Source: a virus
Lineage: Duplodnaviria > Caudoviricetes
Reading direction: 5' to 3' (one strand)
Length of the DNA stretch: 64,000 nucleotides
IMG/VR virus record: IMGVR_UViG_3300037067_027683
Coordinates: 1-64,000 of that record
How positions within the stretch are numbered: the stretch's first letter is position 1; every line of letters starts with the position of its first letter. Under the pieces are notes generated by a model. It did not search any database and was not told the DNA's origin. It saw only the letters and a list, made by a program, of their open reading frames with translations. Made by a program: the position numbers and the translations under genes. Below, one piece after another: positions 27,422 to 37,172 of the stretch.

Positions 27422-28460
27422 GAAAGAAGAAGATCCAATCCAAGTAGTTGTTGATACTATCCAGAAGAAGCATGGTAAAGATTCATTTAGAAGGGGCATA
27501 GTTTCTGGCGTCATGATGTGTCCTGCTATTTCGACAAGGTGTTTGGCTTTAGATATTGCTCTTGGTATTGGTGGAGTACCAAAGGGTAGAATAATTGAGA
27601 TCTACGGCCCTGAGTCTAGTGGGAAGACCACACTTGCTTTGACCATAGTTGCCGAAGCTCAATCTCATGGGGGAGTAGCGGCTTTTATTGATGCCGAACA
27701 CGCTTTGGACCCCCTCTACACGTCGAAGTTGGGCGTTAATCTTGACGAATTGCTTTTTGCGCAACCAGATTCTGGAGAGCAGTGTTTGGAGATTTGCGAA
27801 CAATTAATTCTAACTAATAAGTTAGATGTAGTAGTAGTTGATTCTATTGCTGCTTTAACTCCAAAAGAAATCCTTGAAGGTCAGATTGGCGATCAGACAA
27901 TTGGTGCTCAAGCTCGTCTAATTAGCCAAGCGTTAATGAAACTTAAGGGCGCAGTTCGTAAGTCTAAGACTTGTTTGATTTTTACCAACCAACTTCGTGA
28001 CAAAATTGGTAAATTATTCCCAGGTCAATCACCAGATCAGACTCCTGGTGGTCGTGCTATGAAGTTCTACGCTTCAGTCCGTGTCGATATCCGAAGAATT
28101 GGTAGTTTAAATGAGGGTAGTGGAGATGATAAGGAAAAGTTAGGCAACGTGACTAGGGCTAAGATTGTAAAGAACAAAGTTGCCCCTCCATTTAGGGAAG
28201 CAGAATTTAACATTATTTTCGGCAAAGGTATTTCTGCTGCTGGTAGTATACTTGATTACGCTTGTAGGGAAGGTCTTGTCGAAAAGAGTGCTGCGACTTA
28301 TAGTTATGGTGGCCAGAGGATGACGATGACGGGTTCTTCTGGTTATAATAGTGCTGTTGAATGGTTAGAAAAATGTCCTGACCAAATGAAGGAGTTAGAT
28401 GTGGTACTCCGAGATAAACTCCTGCCCAAACCTACTATAGAAGAAAAGGTCGAGGCATGA
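27414..28460 (+). CDS. recA: RecA recombinase (bacterial type)
   Basis: LDIALGIGGVPKGRIIEIYGPESSGKTT, FIDAEHALDP, VVVDSIAAL, TPGGRAMKFYASVR, KNKVAPPF. The start at 27414 has an AGGAG RBS. Confidence 0.97.
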   Translation: MAKKEEDPIQVVVDTIQKKHGKDSFRRGIVSGVMMCPAISTRCLALDIALGIGGVPKGRIIEIYGPESSGKTTLALTIVAEAQSHGGVAAFIDAEHALDPLYTSKLGVNLDELLFAQPDSGEQCLEICEQLILTNKLDVVVVDSIAALTPKEILEGQIGDQTIGAQARLISQALMKLKGAVRKSKTCLIFTNQLRDKIGKLFPGQSPDQTPGGRAMKFYASVRVDIRRIGSLNEGSGDDKEKLGNVTRAKIVKNKVAPPFREAEFNIIFGKGISAAGSILDYACREGLVEKSAATYSYGGQRMTMTGSSGYNSAVEWLEKCPDQMKELDVVLRDKLLPKPTIEEKVEA

Positions 28461-28463
28461 TGA

Positions 28464-29183
28464 TTGATGTCCAATGACAGGACTATTCTTAGACCACCTG
28501 CTCCACGTTTTGCGATTAGGGAAACTGCTTATGCCAGAGTATCTGCTACCAAAGGCTATGTCGAACCGTTGGTAGTCACCGATGTTGTGTTTGACCCTGG
28601 AATCAATGGTTATCTTTATACATTTAGTAGATATGCTACTCCAGAGGTTAATACTAAGGAGAAGTTACGAACACAGTTAAGAGAAGATGAATTAATAACT
28701 TTATGTGAGGCTCTTGATCTCCAGATTACAGAATTACAACGTGAACTTACAGATGCTGAAAATAAGCAAGTTTCTTGTTGTCCAACAGTAGAGACACAAC
28801 CATCATTACCTGCCATTGAGAAGCGTGGTCAGGCAACGGTTGTTCCACAACCTCGTTTTGGTTTTAATCAAGTGGTATATCTTAAAGATACAGCTTTGTC
28901 TGTTGGTAGACTTGAAGCTTATCGTATTGATGGCATGTATTATAATAACAATATAAATCAATGGGTTTATGTTTTTTACTTGAAGAAAACTCCGAGTGGT
29001 GGTAATATTATGGTTGGTGATAGAGACAATTTAAAACGTACGATAAATCTTGAATACCCAGAATCAGAGCTGCTTTTAGTATGTGAAGCATTGCCCCTAG
29101 TGGTGTCGTTCCTAAGGACGGCACTAAATAGAGCAGTGACGAAGAAGGCCATATATTGTCCTTCTTCTTCTGGAAGCGTCTGA
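28464..29183 (+). CDS. Hypothetical protein with two internally repeated domains
   Basis: The pattern PxPRF..(V/A)Y...E...Y.F...E.EL...CEAL occurs twice. Confidence 0.65.
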   Translation: MMSNDRTILRPPAPRFAIRETAYARVSATKGYVEPLVVTDVVFDPGINGYLYTFSRYATPEVNTKEKLRTQLREDELITLCEALDLQITELQRELTDAENKQVSCCPTVETQPSLPAIEKRGQATVVPQPRFGFNQVVYLKDTALSVGRLEAYRIDGMYYNNNINQWVYVFYLKKTPSGGNIMVGDRDNLKRTINLEYPESELLLVCEALPLVVSFLRTALNRAVTKKAIYCPSSSGSV

Positions 29184-29198
29184 ACATCGGAGTGAGTA

Positions 29199-30629
29199 AT
29201 GCCAGACATTGAAATCCAAGATTCTGATGAAGCAGTGTCGTCTAGTGACATTAAATTCGGGAAAGAAGAAGAAAAAGGTATTATATCTCTGGCCTTTGAC
29301 CAGCCTGATTTCTTCTCTGCTATCTTACCATTTTTACAGATTGAATTTTTTGATTTACCAGAAGCGCGATTTGTGATTGGTGTGATTAAGATTTATTTTG
29401 ACAAGCATGGTGTTATTATTACTCGTGGTATTTGTAGAGACGAAGCTAAAAAACATCTGACAGTTGATGACCCATTCAAAGAAGTTCTTGATTTAATTGA
29501 TCGCGAGCTTGATCCACGTGAAGCCCCAATTATCATAGACAATATGACCAATTGGGCGAAGAAGAGAGCACTTGGTAGAGTTTATTCTAAAGAATCGATT
29601 GAGGCTTATGAGCGCGGCGACACTGATGTTATTGAGAAGATAGTTGAGGAATCCCAAAAAGTTACTAATATAAGTACACAATGTCACTTCTTTTTTGATG
29701 AAGTTCAGACATTATATGTAAAAGAAAACGAAGAAAAATTTACGACTGGTTTCCCAATACTTGATATGCAAATAAACAGTGGTGGTCCGACCAGAGGTGA
29801 ATTATTTTGTTTTATGGCTCCTACTGGAAAAGGCAAATCTATTGCTCTTAATAACGTTGGTGCAAGTAATATTAAACGCAAGAAGAACGTATTACATGTG
29901 ACTTTGGAGATGCCATGGAAACAGACGGCAGCACGATATATGGCGTGTTTCACTAAAATTCCATTGTTTGAACGTTTTAATGAGAGTAAGCAGCCTACAA
30001 TAACTGAGTTATTGTCTGGTATACGGGATACATATAATTCAGAATTAATAATAGTTGAATTCCCACCAGATGAAATTTCGACTGATCATGTTGCTGCAGT
30101 TATTGATAATTTGCGTAAAATTCATGGTATTAAGATTGATGTCGTGATTATTGATTATCTAGAATTACTTCTTGCTAGACATTCACATGACAATAAAGAA
30201 GATTATGTGCGGCAAAAGCGTGTGAGTACAGAATTAAGTAGATTGGCTAAAAAAGAAAATGTGGTTGTTTACACTGCAATGCAGACCAACAGATCTGGCA
30301 ACACTCAAGTTGCTAAGGGGAAAGAGGATACTGGGTCTGGTGTCATAGGCATTACTCATACGTCAGAGAGTTATGGTAAAACAATGCCTATGAATTATAT
30401 AGTTACTCTTAACCAGAATGAACAAGAGTATAAATCAGGCAGGCTTGATAAGGACAATGAGAAGTCTCCGAATATTAATTCAACCATGAGATTCCACATA
30501 GTAAAGAATAGAAATGGCCCACAATTTGTGACAATTAGTATTTTTGTTAATTATGAGACCATGCGAATGTGGGACGCCGATTTACCAACATCGACTAAAC
30601 CTGGAGACATAACCAATATTGAGGAATAA
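29199..30629 (+). CDS. Replicative helicase, DnaB/T4 gp41-like
   Basis: TTGFPILD, APTGKGKS, TLEM, IIDYLELL, AMQTNRSG, IVKNRNGP. Confidence 0.93.
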   Translation: MPDIEIQDSDEAVSSSDIKFGKEEEKGIISLAFDQPDFFSAILPFLQIEFFDLPEARFVIGVIKIYFDKHGVIITRGICRDEAKKHLTVDDPFKEVLDLIDRELDPREAPIIIDNMTNWAKKRALGRVYSKESIEAYERGDTDVIEKIVEESQKVTNISTQCHFFFDEVQTLYVKENEEKFTTGFPILDMQINSGGPTRGELFCFMAPTGKGKSIALNNVGASNIKRKKNVLHVTLEMPWKQTAARYMACFTKIPLFERFNESKQPTITELLSGIRDTYNSELIIVEFPPDEISTDHVAAVIDNLRKIHGIKIDVVIIDYLELLLARHSHDNKEDYVRQKRVSTELSRLAKKENVVVYTAMQTNRSGNTQVAKGKEDTGSGVIGITHTSESYGKTMPMNYIVTLNQNEQEYKSGRLDKDNEKSPNINSTMRFHIVKNRNGPQFVTISIFVNYETMRMWDADLPTSTKPGDITNIEE

Positions 30630-30631
30630 AA

Positions 30632-31027
30632 ATGACACTCACTAAAAGCCTTAATTGGTACATCATAATTGGATCATCTACAGATAAACAATTGGCGTAC
30701 TTTATTGAAAGACCAAAATATAGTTTCCCTAAGATCATAGAAAAGAGGGGTAGTAAGGTTATTTTGTTACCAAACAAGAATCCAGTATGGAGTCCAATTG
30801 CTTTGGAAGTACCAATTAAAACTTTAATTTCTACGAATACATGGCTGGAGGAGAAATCTAAAAGAGATTTGTTAATGTGTTGTGTGGACCAGGATGGGCA
30901 TCTAATAGAAGAATGGCAAGTTAAAGGAGTAACTATTATTGGGCAGATGAAAAAACGTAGTCGCTGCATGGATGCTGAAGTTTTAAGCATTATGTTGAAG
31001 TACGAATGGGCGAGGAGATCTAAATGA
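30632..31027 (+). CDS. Possible tail-tube (gp19)-fold protein
   Basis: RPKYSF, W.PI.LE and KRDLLM..D.DG..IEEW.VKG resemble gp19-like tube protein motifs. Confidence 0.45.
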   Translation: MTLTKSLNWYIIIGSSTDKQLAYFIERPKYSFPKIIEKRGSKVILLPNKNPVWSPIALEVPIKTLISTNTWLEEKSKRDLLMCCVDQDGHLIEEWQVKGVTIIGQMKKRSRCMDAEVLSIMLKYEWARRSK

Positions 31028-31356
31028 GATACGATTACCAATGCAATAGTTGTGCAGTTATTTTCGAGATAAGTCACGGTATGAACGAAAAACCAAGGGT
31101 TAAATGTCCTAATTGCGGTGGCTTAAAGACACAAATTGCATTCTTATCAACACCAATGACGTATATTAGGGGGTATGGCTATATGGATAAAGAAGGTCGT
31201 CGTCGCGATATGAATTTATTCAAGCTCCAAAATGATGATCCTTATAAGAAATATCGTGCGCCAGGTGAGAAAGATGATCTAGCCCATCGGCTACGTCGTG
31301 GTGGGAAACACAATCCTAAACGTAAGACTTATCTGATGAATAGAAAATCTAAATGA
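31024..31356 (+). CDS. FmdB-family zinc-ribbon protein
   Basis: YDYQCNSC..FE...CPNCG...GYGY. Confidence 0.8.
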   Translation: MRYDYQCNSCAVIFEISHGMNEKPRVKCPNCGGLKTQIAFLSTPMTYIRGYGYMDKEGRRRDMNLFKLQNDDPYKKYRAPGEKDDLAHRLRRGGKHNPKRKTYLMNRKSK

Positions 31357-31373
31357 GTTTGTATTTGACGTGA

Positions 31374-32510
31374 ATGGTTTATGTGTATACATTATTCAAT
31401 TATAAGTCAGATTCACAACCCATGCAAACCGTGGTGATTGATGACGACATATTATTTTTCACGCAGTATCTTCGTGGTTCTGGTGTAACTATCAAACAAA
31501 TTGAAGAATCTCAGGCTATAATAAGAAAAATTTTTGATTCATCAAATATTTGTGTCAATGATTTTAAGTCACATATTAGAGCGTTAGGTATTGAAAGGTG
31601 TGTGAATTTTGATGTGTATGATTTATCATTATCATATGAATCTATAACTCCAAAAGATGAGTGCCATGGTAAGCTAATACTAGCTAACATTGCAAAAGAA
31701 ATGATGGGTATTAAGCCACAAAAATGGCATAGATTGTTGGCTAATGCTTCGTCTGTTTATCAATATTTAGAAGACGTTGGTATTCGGTATGGTATTAAGA
31801 AAGTAACACCCAGATATAGTTTGGATACAACTACCGGACGATCAAAATCACTCGGATTTAACGTACAAGGGACATCAGAGGACTTTGATATTCGATCTAC
31901 GCATGATGACTTTAATGTTCTTGTGCACTTTGATTGGATTGCTGTTGATTTGCGTATGGCTGCTTTTATGTCAAATGACAGTAAAATGAATGCTATATTC
32001 ACTAGTTCTGATCCATATACCGAAATAGCCACATATTATAAACTTACTAGGAGCGAATGTAAAGGTAAATTATTGAAAGCAATATATTCACTTTCTATTG
32101 ATGACTCTGTATTGGACATTTTCCCTTCGTTCCAGAAATGGGCAAATTCTAGAATTAAGCAGATGCGTACTGATGGATACCTAACATCAATTATGGGGAG
32201 ACGTTTTGATTTGGACGGAGATAATGATAAGACTGTCTTTAATGCACAATTCCAAGGCAGTGTTGCTCAGGCTATGCAAGCAGCTTTGGTTAAAGTTTTC
32301 CCGAAATATAAAAATCATCTAATTGCAGAAATCCACGATTGCTTGGTTTTAAGTTGTCCAGAAGAAATGGTTGGTTCAATAATTAAAGATGTAGTTCCGA
32401 TTATGTTAGATCCGCTTTATGGATGGGTTAGTCCATCTCCAAGGATGCCAGTGAGAGTTAGTGTTGGCAAAAAGTGGAAATCATGGAAAGAATATAAAGT
32501 GTTCCGATGA
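31374..32510 (+). CDS. Minimal family A DNA polymerase-like protein
   Basis: TTTGRS, motif A FDWIAVDLR, motif B RSECK....IY, QGSVA, motif C EIHD. Only 378 aa. Confidence 0.75.
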   Translation: MVYVYTLFNYKSDSQPMQTVVIDDDILFFTQYLRGSGVTIKQIEESQAIIRKIFDSSNICVNDFKSHIRALGIERCVNFDVYDLSLSYESITPKDECHGKLILANIAKEMMGIKPQKWHRLLANASSVYQYLEDVGIRYGIKKVTPRYSLDTTTGRSKSLGFNVQGTSEDFDIRSTHDDFNVLVHFDWIAVDLRMAAFMSNDSKMNAIFTSSDPYTEIATYYKLTRSECKGKLLKAIYSLSIDDSVLDIFPSFQKWANSRIKQMRTDGYLTSIMGRRFDLDGDNDKTVFNAQFQGSVAQAMQAALVKVFPKYKNHLIAEIHDCLVLSCPEEMVGSIIKDVVPIMLDPLYGWVSPSPRMPVRVSVGKKWKSWKEYKVFR

Positions 32511-32554
32511 TTCAATGAATAAATAAAGAGGCAAAAATAGATGTTGCAGGACAA

Positions 32555-32700
32555 GCAAATAAGAGCAAGAAGCAAGAAGCCAGCAGGTCAGAAGAAAGCA
32601 GACAGAAGAGATGAGCAAGCAGATGTTCTCCCACCTCATTCTTCCCACCAACTTTCTTGATGTATCTGACCTTGTGGCCTTTTTGCATTTGGCCATCAAG
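32555..32700 (+). promoter_or_regulatory. Structured purine-rich leader with GCAAG repeats
   Basis: Nested stems gcaagaag/ctttttgc, aggtcaga/tctgacct, agaaag/ctttct, gaaga-g-atgag/ctcat-tcttc. Confidence 0.5.
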
Positions 32701-32711
32701 GAGCAAGGATT

Positions 32712-33191
32712 ATGGGTTGGGTAGATGAGAATGTACCAAAAGAAGTTGCAGATTATCTTTTCAACATAAAGTTGAATTTGCCCGAGCGTGTCGGTGTCTT
32801 CCAACGCGATGTTAGAAAAGATCTCGAAACAGATTTTGATATGCTTGAGGAGCAGTTGGCTGAAACGCCCGCAATGATGAATTTTTATGATCAATTGGTT
32901 GCTGAACAAAAAGCCGTTGTAGCTACTCTAGAGCGTAAAGCCGAAGTAATGAAAGGGAAGATTGTTGAACGTATTGTAACAGACGCCAATGATCGTGGGG
33001 TTAAAATTCGTCGTGAGGATGTTAAAGACATTATTGAATCAGATGACGAATATATTATGGTTAAAGCCAAAATCATCCTGGAGACATTGGTTGAAGACAA
33101 AATCAGAGCAGTTGCTAGAAATCTAGGTGCTAAAAATGATAATTTACGTAGTCTCGCAGGCTTCAAACGTGAAGAGAAGAGGCAAGCGTAA
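32712..33191 (+). CDS. UvsY-like recombination mediator
   Basis: Helical 159-aa protein (DVKDIIESDDEY, NLRSLA) immediately upstream of the SSB gene. Confidence 0.55.
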   Translation: MGWVDENVPKEVADYLFNIKLNLPERVGVFQRDVRKDLETDFDMLEEQLAETPAMMNFYDQLVAEQKAVVATLERKAEVMKGKIVERIVTDANDRGVKIRREDVKDIIESDDEYIMVKAKIILETLVEDKIRAVARNLGAKNDNLRSLAGFKREEKRQA

Positions 33192-33224
33192 GCAGAGGCA
33201 AGCAAAAGCGAAAGGAGCTAAGCC

Positions 33225-34325
33225 ATGCCAAAGCAGATGAACACGGAAGAGATGTTGGCGAGGGTTCGCCAGAAGATGCAGGAGAAGTCGAAGAGCAGGA
33301 GAGATCCTGATGAATTTCGACCTCCTAAGGCGAAGGACAATGAGACTCTAGAATTCTACTTTAGAGTTCTACCTGAATTGTCGAAGGGCGATAACTGTAA
33401 GACTGGTGTTTGCGAAAATGGTATGGATTTGTGGTATCTTGAAAATGGATGCCATTTTCATGACAACGAGCGTCATGAATGTCCTAGACTCCATGACCAA
33501 GAAGAGTGCGCAATGTGTCAATTGGGTTTCGACCTTCAAAAAGACATTGAAGGTGACGAAGCTAAGAAGAAAATCCGCGATCAATACTTGGCTAGAAGTT
33601 ATTATGCAATGAACGTTTATTTTCTAAATATCGCTAAGAATCCAGAATCAGTACGTGGTAAGATTTTGTGGTTTAATTCCCCAAGACAGATCTGGACCAA
33701 AATGGAGGCATGTATACTGAGTGATGATGAAGGTGATTCAGAAGAACCAAAGGCATGCGGTCTGTTTACTGACCCCTATGCCAATGGTTACACCTTTAAG
33801 TTGTCGGTTAGGAAGAAGGGCGATTATAACACTTATGAGGATTCGCAGTTCTTGCCTAAATCCAAAGGACCGTTGGTCAAGGATGAAAGTCACAAAGCGA
33901 ATGAAGCTGCGATTCAGCAGATTCTGGATCAACGACATTCGTTGACTGCTAAGTTTAAGCCGAGGGATAAGGAAAAGCTCAAGGCAATGGCAGCTGCGAT
34001 GTTGAAGAAGGAATCGGGCGCTGATGCTGACGATGAGAACGTAGAAGAAATTAGTGGTATAACTAAAGGTGGGGCTAAGGCTTTAGCTAATAAGCCTAAG
34101 TCAGCACCCAAACAGGAAGAGTCAAAACCTGCGCCAGCCAACACTGACGAGGATTTAGAGGAAACGCCAAAACCAAAGACTAAGACTGAAACAAAGACCG
34201 AAGAAGTAGAAAAGAAAGAAGTAAAGAAAGAGGAAACCAAAGAAGTAAAGACTGAAGCTGCTGTTGAACAAGATGATCCGGCTCTGCAACTGTTGCTTAA
34301 CCAGATCAAAAACAAAAAGAAGTAA
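33225..34325 (+). CDS. gp32-like single-stranded DNA-binding protein
   Basis: FRVLP, H...CP....CAMC zinc site, YYAMNVY, G.TFKL, YNTYEDSQF, charged flexible tail. Confidence 0.8.
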   Translation: MPKQMNTEEMLARVRQKMQEKSKSRRDPDEFRPPKAKDNETLEFYFRVLPELSKGDNCKTGVCENGMDLWYLENGCHFHDNERHECPRLHDQEECAMCQLGFDLQKDIEGDEAKKKIRDQYLARSYYAMNVYFLNIAKNPESVRGKILWFNSPRQIWTKMEACILSDDEGDSEEPKACGLFTDPYANGYTFKLSVRKKGDYNTYEDSQFLPKSKGPLVKDESHKANEAAIQQILDQRHSLTAKFKPRDKEKLKAMAAAMLKKESGADADDENVEEISGITKGGAKALANKPKSAPKQEESKPAPANTDEDLEETPKPKTKTETKTEEVEKKEVKKEETKEVKTEAAVEQDDPALQLLLNQIKNKKK

Positions 34326-34334
34326 GAATAGGAG

Positions 34335-34360
34335 TGGGAAGCCCCGAAAGGGGCTTCCCA
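34335..34360 (+). terminator. 11-bp perfect hairpin with GAAA tetraloop after the SSB gene (terminator or mRNA stabiliser)
   Basis: tgggaagcccc-gaaa-ggggcttccca; no U-tract follows. Confidence 0.7.
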
Positions 34361-34369
34361 TGAAGTAAA

Positions 34370-35239
34370 ATGTATACACACATGTTGATTGACGCACGAA
34401 ATGCACTCTATAGAGCAGTCTACGCTGGCTTATCTGATCCAAATAATTCTGGCGGTGACTACTGTACAATATTTTTCCGATTCGTGTCATCCTATATTAG
34501 GAAATTTAAGCCTAAGATGGTGCATTTCTTTTGGGACGCACCTAAAGAAGCAGTTTGGAGGAAGAAAATCTATAAGGAATACAAAGCACATCGAGATCAT
34601 TCTCATGGCGGTAAATATTCGGCTGATCAAGTTAAGATATCGATGGACAGAAATACGACTATTTGCCAAGAGGTTATAACCTGTTCGGGGTGTAGAAATT
34701 TTGTTTATGATAATCAAGAAGCTGATGATCTGATTTATGCTTTTTGTAGATTTAAGAGGAGTGATAAGATAATTATTGTTAGTAGAGATAGTGATTTTCA
34801 GCAAATACCTTTTCTCTTTTCTAATGTTGATTTATATGACCCAATGGCTAAGGATGATAAAATTTGGAAGACAGATGATGTTGATCCAGTAGAACTTAAG
34901 TGTTTCTCCGGAGATGCTGGAGATAATATTGATGGATATTATAATATTGGACCAGTTAGAGCCAAACAGTTGGCAATTGATGCCCAAAAACGCGACGATT
35001 TCTTCAAGACACATGGCGATGAAATATACCGTCTGAATAGGATTCTAATTGATTTGTCTCTATGTCCATATACTTTACAAAATATTACCTATATTGATGA
35101 GGTTTTAAGGACACGATGCTCTTTCGATATGAAGTCAATTCATGAAATAATACAGAGACATAAAGTTAGGGGTTTGGCTGGTGACCTTAGTAATAGTATA
35201 TTGCCATTTAAATTTTTAGGGTCAGAGAATCAAAATTAA
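34370..35239 (+). CDS. 5'-3' exonuclease/flap endonuclease (T4 RNase H-like)
   Basis: LIDARN, FWD, YKAHR, EADDLI, SRDSDF.Q, GDAGDNI.G...IGP. Confidence 0.92.
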   Translation: MYTHMLIDARNALYRAVYAGLSDPNNSGGDYCTIFFRFVSSYIRKFKPKMVHFFWDAPKEAVWRKKIYKEYKAHRDHSHGGKYSADQVKISMDRNTTICQEVITCSGCRNFVYDNQEADDLIYAFCRFKRSDKIIIVSRDSDFQQIPFLFSNVDLYDPMAKDDKIWKTDDVDPVELKCFSGDAGDNIDGYYNIGPVRAKQLAIDAQKRDDFFKTHGDEIYRLNRILIDLSLCPYTLQNITYIDEVLRTRCSFDMKSIHEIIQRHKVRGLAGDLSNSILPFKFLGSENQN

Positions 35240-35260
35240 AAACAGACGGAGGATTGATAA

Positions 35261-35530
35261 ATGGCTATTGATGTGCATTATGTAACTATTGATTTGATCA
35301 AAATAGCGCCAGATGGATCTGCATATCACTCATCTGGCAACAATAGAACTATTGGTGAATGCCTGAGATTTACGACTGAACACCGGATAATGTCAGATGC
35401 ATCGATTCCAAATAGTGCAAATAATCCTACAATACAACAATATTTGGTTTTGGAAGGCGCTGATGATTATGAACCAGTTCAGATTGGTCAATATTTCATT
35501 ATAACCATGAAGAGAGATTCTGGTTCTTAG
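35261..35530 (+). CDS. Hypothetical protein
   Basis: GGAGG RBS. Confidence 0.65.
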   Translation: MAIDVHYVTIDLIKIAPDGSAYHSSGNNRTIGECLRFTTEHRIMSDASIPNSANNPTIQQYLVLEGADDYEPVQIGQYFIITMKRDSGS

Positions 35531-35551
35531 TACGTATAATAAGGAGATAAC

Positions 35552-35935
35552 ATGTACACTAGAAAAGTGACGCAATGCCAAATCATATTGTTGCTGCTTA
35601 TCATCTCTGCCTGTACGTCTAGGACTAAAGAAGTGTTAAAACAGAATTATATCATTACTGACATCCTGGTCCAAAGAGTTGAAGATAGTGCTTGTATGGA
35701 CAAACCAACTAGACAAAATCTTGAGGATTTTGTTCAATCTACCAAACGCACTTTTGAATCATTAAAGACTAAGGGAGTTGCTATTAGTGAAATAGTTTAT
35801 ATTAAAGCTACTACTCTTAATGAGCGAATTGCAAATAAAGATCCTTCTCTGACAGATTTTGAGCTGGTCCAATTTTTGAAGATGACCAGAGATGTATACA
35901 AGATGCTGACTGAGGAGAAGAAAAATGGACAATGA
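35552..35935 (+). CDS. Putative lipoprotein
   Basis: Signal-like MYTRK...IILLLLIISA-C lipobox. Confidence 0.55.
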   Translation: MYTRKVTQCQIILLLLIISACTSRTKEVLKQNYIITDILVQRVEDSACMDKPTRQNLEDFVQSTKRTFESLKTKGVAISEIVYIKATTLNERIANKDPSLTDFELVQFLKMTRDVYKMLTEEKKNGQ

Positions 35936-36311
35936 TGATAAATGGTTTGACAATTTCATTGAATCTACCAAGAAACCTATTATGGTAAGAGATGGCGTAC
36001 AAGATATAGCCGTCAATATTTCATTAGAATTAGTCCAATACATGATTACCAATAGATATCAAATTGTCAAAGTAGGCAAACAAACATTTCAAGATTTCTT
36101 AATGCTGATGTCTAATGGTCAACAACTTGAGGCCATTAGAACAGTATATCAGGGGTTAAGCACTAGTGATTTAATTGCACAATACCACGAGAACGCAATC
36201 AAAGTTGAAGAAATAATCAAACAAGAACAAGAGAGACGTGAATTTTGGTTTCAAATGGCAATGTCACTAGGACAGAAATTAATACCTCTTGCTCTTGGTT
36301 CTTTGTTATGA
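35925..36311 (+). CDS. Hypothetical protein with hydrophobic C-terminus
   Basis: Coupled ORF ending LIPLALGSLL. Confidence 0.6.
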   Translation: MDNDDKWFDNFIESTKKPIMVRDGVQDIAVNISLELVQYMITNRYQIVKVGKQTFQDFLMLMSNGQQLEAIRTVYQGLSTSDLIAQYHENAIKVEEIIKQEQERREFWFQMAMSLGQKLIPLALGSLL

Positions 36312-36355
36312 TTTATTGTAGATATGTTAAATAGAATCCCAATCAAATATAACAC

Positions 36356-36817
36356 ATGAAAAAGAAAAAAAGTAAGTTACAGAAAAAGTTAGACGACCCA
36401 AATTCGTCACTTTATAAACATAAAGCTGACAAATTATGGAAAGAGTTGATTTTTAATCGATTTTCTGGTAAATGCGCAATATGTGGGAGCAACCAATGGA
36501 CGCAGGCACATCATCTAGTCCCAAGAGAGATGATATCACATAGGCATAATGAGATGAATGGTATGTTATTATGTGCCGCGCATCATCGTTTTAGTTTTGT
36601 GCTATCACCACACAAAGCTCCGATTGCTTTTGCTAAATGGATGATTGAGCACAGAAGTGAACATTGGAATTGGTTGTTAACCCAAGAACCAACTCGTCAA
36701 AACACAACTACTTCATTTAAAGAAATAATACAAAAATTGGAGAATGACATCCGTGCCATGGAAAGACAAGCAGAAAATAAAGGCATATCAAACGAAATAC
36801 AGAAAATTACATCGTGA
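36356..36817 (+). CDS. HNH endonuclease (NinG-like)
   Basis: CAICG...AHH...RH...NG..LC..HH. Confidence 0.8.
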   Translation: MKKKKSKLQKKLDDPNSSLYKHKADKLWKELIFNRFSGKCAICGSNQWTQAHHLVPREMISHRHNEMNGMLLCAAHHRFSFVLSPHKAPIAFAKWMIEHRSEHWNWLLTQEPTRQNTTTSFKEIIQKLENDIRAMERQAENKGISNEIQKITS

Positions 36818-37172
36818 ATCAATAGTAGAATATTCTTTAAAATATAGACAAATTAATTGTGTTGTGATTAGCAATAAACAGAAGTTGCGCCGTAGCGCAC
36901 TTAAACTTCAGGCTTATATGAATTATGGTGGTTCAAAGTGTTGTTGGTGTGGAGAAGATGATGTGGGCACATTAAGTATTGATCATATTGAGAATAATGG
37001 TAATAGACATCTTGATGCAAAGGGATATAAGATACAAAGTTCGCGATTGTATTCTTGGTTAAAGAAACATAATTATCCTAAAGGTTTTCAGATACTTTGT
37101 TTTAATTGTAATTATGCTAAGACGCAAAATAATGGCGTCTTGCCTGAAAATAGAAAGAATATACATACATGA
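36744..37172 (+). CDS. HNH-type endonuclease, copy 1
   Basis: YGG.KCCWCGE...LSIDHI.N.G...YPKGFQILCFNCN. Confidence 0.8.
   Translation: MTSVPWKDKQKIKAYQTKYRKLHRESIVEYSLKYRQINCVVISNKQKLRRSALKLQAYMNYGGSKCCWCGEDDVGTLSIDHIENNGNRHLDAKGYKIQSSRLYSWLKKHNYPKGFQILCFNCNYAKTQNNGVLPENRKNIHT

Noticed and set aside
32512-32706. CRISPR-like array or small ORF in the AGCAAG-rich gap
   Set aside because: The repeats are 5-7 nt and irregular with no spacers, and the minus-strand ORF is a low-complexity shadow.
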